Assembly: GCF_006345805.1 (NCBI RefSeq)
Contig: NC_043023.1
Coordinates: 9,486,001-9,550,000, forward strand
Length of the DNA: 64,000 nucleotides
Reading direction: 5' to 3'
Source: Octopus sinensis
Lineage: Eukaryota
The position numbers and the translations under genes are program-made. The stretch's first letter is position 1. Each line of letters starts with the position of its first letter. The notes beneath the pieces are model-generated. The model did no database searches. It was not told the origin of the DNA and was given only the letters and a program-made list of their open reading frames with translations. Of this stretch, positions 41,788 through 57,813 are shown in pieces.

Positions 41788-42983
41788 GTAAGTTGGATCA
41801 GTCTTGCTAAGACTACAAACTTGACTTCCTTTCTTAAGCCTCTTTAGCCCTTCTCTAATTTTCTCGCATTTTCTCTATACATGTGTATGTCTAAGCGTGT
41901 GTGTGCGTGTGGGTGTGTGCGTGTGTCTGTTTGTGTGAAGGTTTGTGTGTGTATATATGTGTGTGTAAAGGTGTGTATGTGTGTGTGAAGGCGAGTGCAT
42001 GTGAATAAGTTTGGATTCTATATCTTTGTGTAATATTATATGTATAAGCGTATGCATGTGCATATATATTTGTGTCTGAAATGTGTGGATAACTATTTTC
42101 TTTTATTGTTTCCTTTTTCCGTCAGAGATATTGAGCGTATCATAAATCTTTGCTCTGCTCTTCCAAAGAGGTTGACTTTTTCGTCGCTTTGAGAACGCGA
42201 CCTGTTCACTGACAAAATTCTGTGCTGCATCTGAGAAAGTAACAGTTAGTTCATGATATATACGTACGTATGTGTGTATGTATATATATAGGTATGTATG
42301 TATGTATTAATGTATGTATGTATGTATGTATGTAAGTACATACGTACATACTTACATACATACATGCGTATAGGCATGCACACATGCATGCGCACATAGA
42401 TGTACACATAATTTATTTTATTACCCTATTTACTATGTTTAAATATTTTTCGATAAATTTGCTCGTAGACTTTCTAACGGCAAGCTCTCTGTTCGCCGGA
42501 TGTGATTTGCGTCTGCGCACTGGTCTGAAAAGTTAGGGTATACAGGTCATTAGATTTTCACGTGCTTCTAATGATATGTACTTCTCGGATTACAAAGGCT
42601 GCTTGCTGATGAGTCTAGCCATGGCAGATATTAATGACGACTATAAGATACCCGCTTTTGGTTAAACTGCACCGCAAAATGCAGGAGTAGTTAGGAATCT
42701 AAATCGGAGGAGACAGACTCTCACACAACTTCAGTTTTATATATAAAGATATATCTGTAAATGTATGTGTGAAGTTCACTCACCAGATAATCGACAACAC
42801 GTGCCAACCTGTGTGCACATTGGGCATAATTTGAAATCACCATCATACAACGACCCCACTGCATCAAATCTCTGCAACAAGTTATACTCACGAGGCGTCT
42901 AACGTGGTTTCGAGAAATTTCAACCGTACGGCAGTTAACCCGTTAACCCGGCACCCCTCCAAGTTAACAGAAATGGGAGATGG

Positions 42984-43015
<32 letters not shown>

Positions 43016-43123
43016 ATCACGTGACCGACCAGACCATCAGATGTTGTTACACATCGCTGGTCAAAATGCGTTCGCATTGTTTTAGCCTTCGAATGACGCC
43101 ACCCCACTGGCTAAGCGAGGAGG

Positions 43124-43207
<84 letters not shown>

Positions 43208-43212
43208 TATAC

Positions 43213-43312
<100 letters not shown>

Positions 43313-43568
43313 TATACATATATATATATATATGTATATATGTATATATATTTTTCTACATTATCTCTACTTTATTTATCAAAATAAACCCGTCTTCATA
43401 TTTCTTGTTTTAACAATCCTTCTCTCCTGTTCTAATTGTTTACGTTTCACATCATCATCATCATCATCGTCAAAATGGTGAGTATCTTCCATAATTAGTA
43501 GCCCCACCAGGATCATCATCATTAAAATCTCGTCTATATCATAACTTGCCAATTCTTTTATCTTACAG

Positions 43569-43640
43569 ACTATTATCCAACAATAATATCTCGAAAATCG
43601 AAAAAAAATCCTTCGTAAATCTTCCAGAGTTATATGAGAT
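43569..43640 (+). CDS. LRR micro-exon C, unit 2
   Basis: 72 nt; LLSNNNISKIEKKSFVNLPELYE(I). Confidence 0.92.
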
Positions 43641-44426
43641 GTAAGTTGAATCAGTTTTGAAGATAATTTTTCTTTGATTATATATTCCTTAGCATTTAAT
43701 GTATGCCCTAGATCCTGGTCTTAAATGTACTCGAAGAATCTGACTTGATCACTGTGGATAACCAGATTTCCTATTCCTCATTGGTGTCCCAGACTGATCG
43801 TGTGCTTCTCGGGTGGCAGTGTAATCCATTTTCCAGGGGCATTCACTGATATGTCGCTAACGGATTGTAGCTGAATGCTAAAGACTGGGAACCTAAAGCT
43901 ATTTGGACCACCGCGTTTCCTCAGCAAAATGTATCATTACTTGGCCGCATTGAATCTCACGAGAACTCATATCTAAAATGCTTTGGGATCCTCCAACCTA
44001 TCACGACTGATGTTGTTATCAGTGTCGGATCATTTATAAAGAACGTAATTTGGGTTTGCCGGTCATATGACACGTTGAGAGGCCCTAGACACTTTACCCA
44101 AATGTTAATTGCAAACACGAAAAGGTTCATTGAAATTGTACTTCTAGTGATAATGCCCTTCACAAAACTGAGCCACTCTGATTTTGTTGGGGTTCCAGAG
44201 ACTCTCGAACAAAAGATGTCGTAGTTGTAGAGAAAAAGAGCTCTTGATGTTGACAGTACAGATATTTAAAAAAAAGACGCGATCACCGCACAAGCAACTA
44301 CTGTTTCATTATTAATAATAATATTTTCTTTACTGACTGGTCTCAAGGTTCCCAACATAGAGGGTCTTAAAGCAGAAACACAGAAACATAAAAACAAATA
44401 GCTGTACAACCACTCAAACACGCACA

Positions 44427-44487
<61 letters not shown>

Positions 44488-44649
44488 CACTAAGTAAGTT
44501 AGGGGTTGTGGATCCAACCCATTATGTATGTATCTTATGGTTGTCGTTTTGATAAAGTCAACATTTTAATATCCTGAAGTTGATGCACCAACTTATGTGC
44601 TACTCCATTTTCTTATTTGTAATATATATACATACATACATACATACAT

Positions 44650-44744
<95 letters not shown>

Positions 44745-44816
44745 TATACTATATATAAATGTATGTATATATGTATATATATATATATATATAAATGTGT
44801 ATATATATATATATAT

Positions 44817-44925
<109 letters not shown>

Positions 44926-45102
44926 AACGCATATAAATATCACCGCACTGCCAGCGATATCATCTTCATCATCTACGTCATCATGATTATCATCTTCTTC
45001 ATCTAATATTTTACTTCGTTATCTAATTGATTAGACATAATACTTTAAATTTTATGATTACTCTCCTCTATATTATAACTTACCAATTCTTTTATCTTAC
45101 AG

Positions 45103-45174
45103 ACGATTATCCGATAATAAAATCTCGAAAATTGAAAAAGAATCATTTGTAAATCTTCCCAAGTTACATGAGAT
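45103..45174 (+). CDS. LRR micro-exon D, unit 2
   Basis: 72 nt; RLSDNKISKIEKESFVNLPKLHE(I). Confidence 0.92.
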
Positions 45175-45778
45175 GTAAGTTGAATCAGTTTTGTAGATAT
45201 TATTTCCTTGATTTCTAAGTATCTAATATCTTCCCATCTTTGTTTCTTATCCTTCTTTTTGCTCTTTTCTAATTCACATTCTCTCTGAATGTGTGTGCCA
45301 TGATTTTATGTATATTTGTGTTTGAAATGTGCGGATAAACGTCTTCTTCATTTTCTATTTCTTACAAATCAAGTTTTACTTGTCTTCACGTCTTTTTCTC
45401 TTTATTTTTTCTCCTCTAACTTTTGTATTTATTTCCTTATTTGTCGCCATAATCCTCATGTTTATAGTCATGGACACAACCACCACCATCATCGTCAACA
45501 TCATCATCAACTTCATCATTATTATCTCACCATCATCAGCAGCATCAATGCCACCGACGCTATAAACATCATCCACCTCATCATTATACCCATCTTCAAC
45601 AATATCTCTATCTTCGTTATCAATCACCATCATCGTCGTTGTCATTCATCATTGTCATCATCTTCTTCATCAACCTCTTCCATTTCCATTTGTTTATTTT
45701 TTCGTCTCTTCCTGCATCGTATTGATTAAATATAATATTTAATATAGTATTTCTTAGCAATTACCGTTTATTTTACAG

Positions 45779-45850
45779 AGATCTATCCCACAATGCAATT
45801 TCAAGTTTGGAACAAAATGCCTTCGAAACACTGACCAAATTAAAAACATT
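45779..45850 (+). CDS. LRR micro-exon A', unit 2
   Basis: 72 nt; DLSHNAISSLEQNAFETLTKLKT(L). Confidence 0.92.
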
Positions 45851-46601
45851 GTAAGTTGGATGTGTCTTGCTGATACTACTTTCTGTGCATTCCCCTCTTT
45901 ATTTGACGTTTCTTGACACGTCTCTAGCTGATATTCACTCTAAATATGTGCGAGACTCTGTGTGAATCTTAGTGCTTGTTGTGTATAGCTGATGCACTTT
46001 GTGAAGAATAAAAATTGCTGCCAACAACTATCCCCAGAATGTAAGAATATCATCACTACGGGTTCAGAAACAGACTACTAAAAAATTTGTTCTTCACAAC
46101 CTGATCCGGTGCACCGTGCAAGATTTCCCCTAGATCTTTAAGGAAAATGAACCAGCGAATCGAATAAAAAACGCAATGATCACGAGAAAGGAGTTGCAAG
46201 AAAATTTATTAGCTTCAGGGACTAGTGTTACACTACGAACAATCAGCAATGAACTTCATAGGAATGAACTGAAGTCATGCTCACATAGAAAAACTCCGCT
46301 GTTGTCTAAAAGGCATAGAGATGCCCGTTTAAAATTTGTTTACGAACATAAAGGATAAATCTGATAAATTCTGGGAAAATGTTCTATGGACAGACGAGTC
46401 GAAAATTGAATTGTTTGGAGCAATGTTTGGAGGAAAGATGGTACCGCCTATTCTCCGAAAAGGACCATCACGATCATCATCGCCAGCACCATCATCATCA
46501 ACGACACCATCCTCATCATCATCATCATCATCGCCATCATCATCATCATCATCGCCATCATCATCATCATCTTCACCAACATCAACATCATCATCATCAT
46601 C

Positions 46602-46645
<44 letters not shown>

Positions 46646-47127
46646 TATTCTTTTCATCACCACTTCATCCTCACTCATAATAATCTTCACTCATGATTTT
46701 CAGAATGTTCTTCGTTAAATTCTTTCACTACAGCTTATATTTCCTCTATTTCTGCATGTAATTCATTAGCGATAATATTTGAAATTTTATGACTAATCTT
46801 TATATATAAAACTGAAGTTGTGTGAAAGTCTGTCTCCTCCGATTGAGATTCCTAATTACTCCCACATTTTTCGGTGCAGTTTAACCAAAAGCGGGTATCT
46901 TATAGTCGTCATTCATATCAAGCCCTTCTGGGAATTATCGCACGTCTATGATGAGTCTACGATTTAAAAATAAAATTACCATAATTTTTTCGTTTTTTTA
47001 ATGCATTGGATTCTATATCTTTGTGTAATATTATATGTATAAGCGTATGCATGTGCATATATATTTGTGTCTGAAATGTGTGGATAACATAAAAACAAAT
47101 AGCTGCACAACCACTCAAACACGCACA

Positions 47128-47192
<65 letters not shown>

Positions 47193-47333
47193 CACTAAGT
47201 AAGTTAGGGGTTGTGGATCCAACCCATTATGTATGTATCTTATGGTTGTCGTTTTGATAAAGTCAACATTTTAATATCCTGAAGTTGATGCACCAACTTA
47301 TGTGCTACTCCATTTTCTTATTTGTAATATATA

Positions 47334-47487
<154 letters not shown>

Positions 47488-47544
47488 AATAAATATATAC
47501 TATATATAAATGTATGTATATATATGTATATATATATATATATA

Positions 47545-47589
<45 letters not shown>

Positions 47590-47766
47590 AACGCATATAA
47601 ATATCACCGCACTGCCAGCGATATCATCTTCATCATCTACGTCATCATGATTATCATCTTCTTCATCTAATATTTTACTTCGTTATCTAATTGATTAGAC
47701 ATAATACTTTAAATTTTATGATTACTCTCCTCTATATTATAACTTACCAATTCTTTTATCTTACAG

Positions 47767-47838
47767 ACGATTATCCGATAATAAAATCTCGAAAATTGAA
47801 AAAGAATCATTTGTAAATCTTCCCAAGTTACATGAGAT
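47767..47838 (+). CDS. LRR micro-exon D', unit 2
   Basis: 72 nt, identical to exon D. Confidence 0.92.
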
Positions 47839-49830
47839 GTAAGTTGAATCAGTTTTGTAGATATTATTTCCTTGATTTCTAAGTATCTAATATCTTCCCA
47901 TCTTTGTTTCTTATCCTTCTTTTTGCTCTTTTCTAATTCACATTCTCTCTGAATGTGTGTGCGATGATTTTATGTATATTTGTGTTTGAAATGTGCGGAT
48001 AACAATGCATTCCGATAAATTTTCCTGTTTCATGAAGCATCTGTTTTACTGACGGTTGTGGAGATCTGTTCTCTGATGGTCTTAGGATCTGTTCGGTGAC
48101 GGTCGTAGGATCTCTAATCTGGCGGTCGTAGTATCTGTTCGCTTACAGTCGTAAAATCTGTTCGCTGAAGGTCGTAGAATCAATTCGTTGACGGTCATGG
48201 AGATTCTTGTGCTTTATATGTACTCAACAAGCTGTGATTGGCTACAGATGACTTGGCACAATTCATCCAATACGTGACCACCAAATACAGCTTCCTTGAC
48301 TCACTTCATGTGGATTTGACGGCATAGAAGCAGCATCCCCTGTTCCAATATCTCACGTCTTCTGTGTTCCCCATCGACTACTTACAACTCATTTGATGAA
48401 CATCATATTCGACTCTGCTTGATATAAACCTCTTTGTATATAGACAGTTATGCGATTTTGCATTTGGACCCGTTTTATACGCAAAACTATGCCTCATTAC
48501 ACTACTGAATAAATTTAACGATCTTGCTTTATGAAATAGCATTGTGGATATTCTTTATCAACGCCTTTATAATGAAACATTTTAAATGGATTCTCTCTAG
48601 AAACTCTCTTTGAAAATGCTAAATACATACATCTTACAACACTAACACATTTCATATCGGAGACTTTCTTCACTATGGTCATTAGTAACTCTCCAAGTTA
48701 CATTGGTAACCCGCTATATTAGTGACGACTATCATCGTTATCGTTACAGCTCTTCTCACTGCTGTTATCCCAGTGGATATTGACAATTGACCATGTCGGG
48801 GCGCTTTCACTAATTTTCTCATATGCTCTCTACAAATATGGCGTGCCGGGCAAAACCCATTTCGTTTCCACTAACAATATAAACCGTGTAGGATGATTAT
48901 GTAACGCACAAATATCTGGTTTGTGTAGTCGACAACCTTGAATAATAACCGCTCAAGGTCACCCACTATCTACTGGCTTACAGAATAATCTCTTTAGATA
49001 TGATCTAATGACCCAACGCTGTTTGCCCAAGTCCATATTGGTGCATTCAAGGAATCCAGTTGGAAAAGAGTGGTGAGAATTGTGTCTTTAATATACACAC
49101 CCGACTCTCTTAACACCTAGGCACACGCACACACATAACACGAGAAACAAAAGTGATGCAATTAATACATTAGCTAAACCTGTTGTAGCCAAATAGATTT
49201 TAGCATCGTAAAATAGTTCACCAATGATGTTAGAAAAATTTATACGAAAATATACATTTTTCACAATGGACCACATGCATCACCCAAGATAGATTATGCA
49301 GTTCTATATTTAAAAGATGAGGAATTATGTACATTATTTACATTATTTATATTCGATTATGCAACGAAAAGATAAGGGTTGTGGATTACTGCTACTTCAA
49401 CTAGGAGCTTAGACACCTAATTAACAAAAACAAACGACTATCAGTATGAACGTTGTAAGGAACTGTGCTATACATAAGAAAAAACTGAGACATATATGTG
49501 AAGGAGTTGCGGATCAACGAGACTGGGCTACAACGAGATGTATCTGAAGAACCAAGGATATGCGCGAGATCAGCTATCCGCTATTTCTATGTTTATATAT
49601 TGTGAGCAGGGACGATTGATTACCTTATCTATTAGGCAGGTAAAGACCCAGAAAGCACGGCCTTGCCAAGCTGGAGGGGAGTGATTTGCCCCCTTTCTCA
49701 AAAAATATAGGACACAGATTGTATGCCATTAAGCAGCTGGAAAAGACATTTTCCTTGGGTTAAAATGTAATAACACAATTATTTATGCTGTTAGAAACAT
49801 ACAAACACATACACGCATAATATATATATG

Positions 49831-49862
<32 letters not shown>

Positions 49863-50187
49863 AAATGTGCTGTAATATTTACAGCTGTTAATAAAATGTT
49901 TTAGTTTGAAACAATTGTACTAAATTACCGGATTCATTCTTGTTGCTTATTTTTATATATATGTAAATGGATGAATGAATTATCCTTTGTCTACTGCTAA
50001 CATGGAATTCAATAAACATTTACCAGGGTAGCAAAATTCACGTGAGTAACATGGATGAAGCGACCTATTCAAAGGTAGAAACTCCGGGTTAATGTGCAAT
50101 AATTTGTATAGTATAAGTAAATAAATAGAGTTGAACGATGTTATTAAAATTCATTTAATAACATCTTCGTTCAACTCCATTTATTTA

Positions 50188-50233
<46 letters not shown>

Positions 50234-50238
50234 TACAT

Positions 50239-50273
<35 letters not shown>

Positions 50274-50427
50274 CATATATACATACACACACACACACAT
50301 ATATATGTGTGTCTGTGTGTGTGCATACACGCATATACTTACAAACAAACATTCATTCCATATACAAGATTTCAATTTGAAAATAAGCATCGTTTAATTC
50401 AGTGCAATTTATTTATATGTAGTTATA

Positions 50428-51229
50428 TATCAGTTCCTCGAATAAGTTCTGTCCGAATTTTGAATAAAGAAAACAAGTGATCAAATGTTACATTTAGAGA
50501 GAAGAATCTTTTCCCCACGGAGTTCCCTTCTCGGTTGTGGTTGAGCTTTTTCCCTTTTACCAAGCCACTGTTTACGATGTTTAACTTTTCGATAGAAAAA
50601 TCCATTTTTCGTCACCAGTCACAAGTCTATACAAAAAAGGTGAAATGAGTTCGCGAGAATGGAGAGAAGAGCAGATGTCAACTCGGGATTTGCGGCTGCT
50701 TTCGGGCAGTTCATGAGGCACCTATTTTCCACGTTTAAGAACCTTTCCAAGTTGTTGAAGAAGACGATGAACAGTTGTATGGTTTGAACTAAGCTTTATT
50801 GCCAATTCTTCAAACGATATTGCAGGATTTTCTTCTAGGAGCTTATCATCAAGCTCAACTGGACGTCCTGTTCAATCTTCATCTTCAAGGCTGAAATCTC
50901 CACTTATGAATTTTGCAAACCATCTTCTGCAAGTTCTTTCATTCTAGCATTCTTGTATGTTTCGAGTCGTTTCGGCTGCAGAATTTCCCTTTTTGTACTC
51001 ATAAAGCATTGTGTGTCTTAAATACTCGTTGGATACTTCAATGTTAGAAAGGGTTTTAATTAACGAAATTTCATTTCTATTATTCTGTAAAATAATATTT
51101 AATTAGTTTAAATGTACACAAATTTATTAAAAATAATTTTTAATTCCATTAGACATTCTAATTTACTATTAAATTCCATTCAATTTTAAAAGCTGTAAAA
51201 TCGGACAGAACTTATGGGATGATCTGATA
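50428..51229 (-). mobile_element. Mariner remnant, unit 2 copy
   Basis: Near-identical to 37707-38507. Confidence 0.88.
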
Positions 51230-51734
51230 GACGAACACAAACGCATGCAATGAGACACAGACAGTCACATATATACACATATATACACATATACTCACAA
51301 ATATTTCTATTCGGATCTATGCAATTATGATTATCATCATAATCACCAGGATCATCTTCCTCATAACCATTACCATTTTCTTTCCAGGATTATGATTATT
51401 AATCCTTATCTATACTAATAATTACTTATGTTAACATCATCCTTATAATCATCATTATCATTATCAACAGTGATGTTATCACCATCGTTGGCAGCAATCC
51501 CACTATGATCAACATTACCAGCAATGTCAAAGCCCACACAACCACATAATCACCATCATTACTAATACCACCACCACCACTACCACCACCACCACCAGTA
51601 CCACCACCACCATCACCACCATCGCAACTACCACCATCACCACCACCAACCCCACCACCATCGCTACTACCACCATCACCACCACTACCACCATCACCCA
51701 CCACCATCACTATCACCACCCCCACCCCCACCCC

Positions 51735-51769
<35 letters not shown>

Positions 51770-51949
51770 CTATTATCGTCATCATCATCAGTATTATCAT
51801 CCCCACGCTCTCAAATAGTACTTGCTCTTCTAATTCTTTTCCTTCTATTTCAGCATCTAATTTATTAGATATTTATTAGATATTATAATTCATATTTTAT
51901 TACAAATCTGTTCTTTGCTAATTCTAAACACTTGTCTTTTGTCTCACAG

Positions 51950-52021
51950 AGATTTGGCCAGGAATGAAATCTCGAAAATCGAACAAAATTCCTTCGTAAA
52001 CGTTACCAGAGTAAACACCTT
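51950..52021 (+). pseudogene. LRR micro-exon E, unit 2, with mutated splice donor (GT to AT)
   Basis: 72 nt intact coding sequence, but followed by ATAAGTCGG instead of GTAAGTCGG. Confidence 0.75.
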
Positions 52022-52398
52022 ATAAGTCGGATCGATATTGCTGATACTATTTATACTCCATATTTCTGAACATATTTTTTCTTCCCATCTCTCTTTGTCC
52101 TTCTCTAACTCGAATTCTTTCTACAGATGTGTGCGACAGTATGTGAGAAGATGAGTGTTTCTGGGTTACATCAATGTTTGGTGTTATGTTTATAAGTGTG
52201 TGCATGTGTATATATTTGTATCTTTCAATGTGTGTATAATTATATATTCCTTTAATTTTCATTTTCTTTTTCATTTTCGTTATCCTTTTCCATATTTTTT
52301 GTGAATTATTAAGCATATCATAAACCACCTTTATTACTCTTCCAAATCCGTTGGCTATTTTCAGTCAGAAAGATCATGGGACTGTCACATTGAGTTGA

Positions 52399-52429
<31 letters not shown>

Positions 52430-52453
52430 TTATATATATATATATATATATAT

Positions 52454-52568
<115 letters not shown>

Positions 52569-53066
52569 TATATATGATGTATACATGAACTCTCACATAC
52601 AGATGTGTAAACTAATCTCCCTTATCTCGTTCGTCTTCTTCATTTTCTATTTCTTACGAATCTATTTTTACTTGTCTTCACGTCTTTTTCTCTTTATTTT
52701 TTCTCCTCTAACTTTTGTATTTATTTCCTTATTTGTCGCCATAATCCTCATGTTTATAGTCATGGACACAACCACCACCATCATCGTCAACATCATCATC
52801 AACTTCATCATTATTATCTCACCATCATCATCAGCAGCAATGCCACCGACACTACAAACATCATCCACCTCATCATTATACCCATCTTCATCAATATCAC
52901 TATGTTCGTTATCAATCACCATCATCATCGTTGTCATTCATCATTGTCCTCATCATCTCCATCAACTTCTTTCATTTCCATTTATTTTTTCTTCTCTTCC
53001 TGCATCGTATTGATTAAATATAATATTTAATATAGTATTTCTTAGCAATTACCGTTTATTTTACAG

Positions 53067-53138
53067 AGATCTATCCCACAATGCAATTTCAAGTTTGGAA
53101 CAAAATGCCTTCGAAACACTGACCGAAATAGAAAGATT
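53067..53138 (+). CDS. LRR micro-exon A, unit 3
   Basis: 72 nt; DLSHNAISSLEQNAFETLTEIER(L). Confidence 0.92.
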
Positions 53139-53816
53139 GTAAGTTGGATGTGTCTTGCTGATACTACTTTCTGTGCATTCCCCTCTTTATTTGACGTTTC
53201 TTGACACGTCTCTAGCTGATATTCACTCTAAATATATGCGAGACTCTGTGTGAATCTTAGTGCTTGTTGTGTATATGTGATGCACTTTGTGAAGAATAAC
53301 AAAGATTAAAAATTGCTGCCAACAACTATCTCCAGAATGTAAGAATATCATCGCTACGAGTTCAGAAACAGACTACTTAAAAATTTGTTCTTCACAACTC
53401 CTGATCCGGTGCACCGTGCAAGATATCCCCTAGATCTTTAAGAAAAATGAACCAGCGAATCGAATAAAAAACGCAATGATCACGAGAAAGGAGTTGCAAG
53501 AAAATTTATTAGCTTCAGGGACTAGTGTTACACTACGAACAATCAGCTATGAACTTCATAGGAATGAACTGAAGTCATGCTCTCATAGAAAAACTCCGCT
53601 GTTGTCTAAAAGGCATAGAGATGCCCGTTTAAAATTTGTTTATGAACATAAAGAAAAATCTGATACATTCTGGGAAAATGTTCTATGGACAGACGAGTCG
53701 AAAATTGAATTGTTTGGACGGAATTCGCGTAGCCATGTTTGAAGGAAAGATGGTACCGCCTATTCGCCGAAAAGGACCATCACGATCATCATCGCCAGCA
53801 CCATCATCATCAACGA

Positions 53817-53931
<115 letters not shown>

Positions 53932-54426
53932 GCCATCATCACCACTTCATCCTCACTCATAATAATCCTCACTCATGATTTTCAGAATGTTCTTCGTTAA
54001 ATTCTTTCACTACAGCTTATATTTCCTCTATTTCTGCATGTAATTCATTAGCGATAATATTTGAAATTTTATGACTAATCTTTATATATAAAACTGAAGT
54101 TGTGTGAGAGTCTTTCTCAAACGATTTAGATTCCTAACTACTCCCACATTTTGCGGTGCAGTTTAACCAAAAGCGGGTATCTTATAGTCGTGATTCATAT
54201 CAAGCCCTTCTGGGTATTAGCGCGCGTCTACGATGAGTCTACGATTTATAAATAAAATTACCATCATTTTTTCGTTTTTTTAATGCATTTTTTGCTCGGT
54301 GTATATAAGGGAAGTAACTCTCTAAAAATGCTTATGTAGTTATTTCCCTTACAAACCCGAGCAACGCCGGGCGATACTGCTAGTTTCTTATATATTATTT
54401 CGTATCAATTATCTTTTATCTTTCAG

Positions 54427-54498
54427 ATATCTATCCCATAATAAAATCACGAAAATTGAAAACGGATCACTTCGAAATGTTCAGAACTTAGTGTCTTT
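54427..54498 (+). CDS. LRR micro-exon B, unit 3 (variant)
   Basis: 72 nt; YLSHNKITKIENGSLRNVQNLVS(L). Confidence 0.92.
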
Positions 54499-55829
54499 GT
54501 AAGTTGGATCAGTCTTGCTAAGACTACAAACTTGACTTCCTTTCTTAAGCCTCTTTAGCCCTTCTCTAATTTTCTCGCATTTTCTCTATACATGTGTATG
54601 TCTAAGCGTGTGTGTGCGTGTGGGTGTGTGCGTGTGTCTGTTTGTGTGAAGGTTTGTGTGTGTATATATGTGTGTGTAAAGGTGTGTATGTGTGTGTGAA
54701 GGCGAGTGCATGTGAATAAGTTTGGATTCTATATCTTTGTGTAATATTATATGTATAAGCGTATGCATGTGCATATATATTTGTGTCTGAAATGTGTGGA
54801 TAACTATTTTCTTTTATTGTTTCCTTTTTCCGTCAGAGATATTGAGCGTATCATAAATCTTTGCTTTGTTCTTCCAAAGAGGTTGACTTTTTCGTTGCTT
54901 TGAGAACGCGACCTGTTCACTGACAAAATTCTGTGCTGCATCTGAGAAAGTAACAGTTAGTTCATGATATATACGTACGTATGTGTGTATGTATATATAT
55001 AGGTATGTATGTATGTATTAATGTATGTATGTATGTATGTATGTAAGTACATACGTACATACTTACATACATACATGCGTATAGGCATGCACACATGCAT
55101 GCGCACATAGATGTACACATAATTTATTTTATTACCCTATTTACTATGTTTAAATATTTTTCGATAAATTTGCTCGTAGACTTTCTAACGGCAAGCTCTC
55201 TGTTCGCCGGATGTGATTTGCGTCTGCGCACTGGTCTGAAAAGTTAGGGTATACAGGTCATTAGATTTTCACGTGCTTCTAATGATATGTACTTCTCGGA
55301 TTACAAAGGCTGCTTGCTGATGAGTCTAGCCATGGCAGATATTAATGACGACTATAAGATACCCGCTTTTGGTTAAATTGCACCGCAAAATGCAGGAGTA
55401 GTTAGGAATCTAAATCGGAGGAGACAGACTCTCACACAACTTCAGTTTTATATATAAAGATATATCTGTAAATGTATGTGTGAAGTTCACTCACCAGATA
55501 ATCGACAACACGTGCCAACCTGTGTGCACATTGGGCATAATTTGAAATCACCATCATACAACGACCCCACTGCATCAAATCTCTGCAACAAGTTATACTC
55601 ACGAGGCGTCTAACGTGGTTTCGAGAAATTTCAACCGTACGGCAGTTAACCCGTTAACCCGGCACCCCTCCAAAGTTAACAGAAATGGGAGATGGATATA
55701 TATATATATATATATCACGTGATCACGTGACCGACCAGACCATCAGATGTTGTTACACATCGCTGGTCAAAATGCGTTCGCATTGTTTTAGCCTTCGAAT
55801 GACGCCACCCCACTGGCTAAGCGAGGAGG

Positions 55830-56042
<213 letters not shown>

Positions 56043-56277
56043 GTATATATGTATATATATTTTTCTACATTATCTCTACTTTATTTATCAAAATAAACCC
56101 GTCTTCATATTTCTTGTTTTAACAATCCTTCTCTCCTGTTCTAATTGTTTACGTTTCACATCATCATCATCATCATCGTCAAAATGGTGAGTATCTTCCA
56201 TAATTAGTAGCCCCACCAGGATCATCATCATTAAAATCTCGTCTATATCATAACTTGCCAATTCTTTTATCTTACAG

Positions 56278-56349
56278 ACTATTATCCAACAATAATATCT
56301 CGAAAATCGAAAAAAAATCCTTCGTAAATCTTCCAGAGTTATATGAGAT
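56278..56349 (+). CDS. LRR micro-exon C, unit 3
   Basis: 72 nt; LLSNNNISKIEKKSFVNLPELYE(I). Confidence 0.92.
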
Positions 56350-57135
56350 GTAAGTTGAATCAGTTTTGAAGATAATTTTTCTTTGATTATATATTCCTTA
56401 GCATTTAATGTATGCCCTAGATCCTGGTCTTAAATGTACTCGAAGAATCTGACTTGATCACTGTGGATAACCAGATTTCCTATTCCTCATTGGTGTCCCA
56501 GACTGATCGTGTGCTTCTCGGGTGGCAGTGTAATCCATTTTCCAGGGGCATTCACTGATATGTCGCTAACGGATTGTAGCTGAATGCTAAAGACTGGGAA
56601 CCTAAAGCTATTTGGACCACCGCGTTTCCTCAGCAAAATGTATCATTACTTGGCCGCATTGAATCTCACGAGAACTCATATCTAAAATGCTTTGGGATCC
56701 TCCAACCTATCACGACTGATGTTGTTATCAGTGTCGGATCATTTATAAAGAACGTAATTTGGGTTTGCCGGTCATATGACACGTTGAGAGGCCCTAGACA
56801 CTTTACCCAAATGTTAATTGCAAACACGAAAAGGTTCATTGAAATTGTACTTCTAGTGATAATGCCCTTCACAAAACTGAGCCACTCTGATTTTGTTGGG
56901 GTTCCAGAGACTCTCGAACAAAAGATGTCGTAGTTGTAGAGAAAAAGAGCTCTTGATGTTGACAGTACAGATATTTAAAAAAAAGACGCGATCACCGCAC
57001 AAGCAACTACTGTTTCATTATTAATAATAATATTTTCTTTACTGACTGGTCTCAAGGTTCCCAACATAGAGGGTCTTAAAGCAGAAACACAGAAACATAA
57101 AAACAAATAGCTGTACAACCACTCAAACACGCACA

Positions 57136-57196
<61 letters not shown>

Positions 57197-57336
57197 CACT
57201 AAGTAAGTTAGGGGTTGTGGATCCAACCCATTATGTATGTATCTTATGGTTGTCGTTTTGATAAAGTCAACATTTTAATATCCTGAAGTTGATGCACCAA
57301 CTTATGTGCTACTCCATTTTCTTATTTGTAATATAT

Positions 57337-57410
<74 letters not shown>

Positions 57411-57415
57411 ATATG

Positions 57416-57447
<32 letters not shown>

Positions 57448-57527
57448 TATACTATATATAAATGTATGTATATATATGTATATATATATATATATATAAA
57501 TGTGTATATATATATATATATATATAG

Positions 57528-57563
<36 letters not shown>

Positions 57564-57741
57564 AACGCATATAAATATCACCGCACTGCCAGCGATAACA
57601 TCTTCATCATCTACGTCATCATGATTATCATCTTCTTCATCTAATATTTTACTTCGTTATCTAATTGATTAGACATAATACTTTAAATTTTATGATTACT
57701 CTCCTCTATATTATAACTTACCAATTCTTTTTATCTTACAG

Positions 57742-57813
57742 ACGATTATCCGATAATAAAATCTCGAAAATTGAAAAAGAATCATTTGTAAATCTTCCCA
57801 AGTTACATGAGAT
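57742..57813 (+). CDS. LRR micro-exon D, unit 3
   Basis: 72 nt; RLSDNKISKIEKESFVNLPKLHE(I). Confidence 0.92.
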
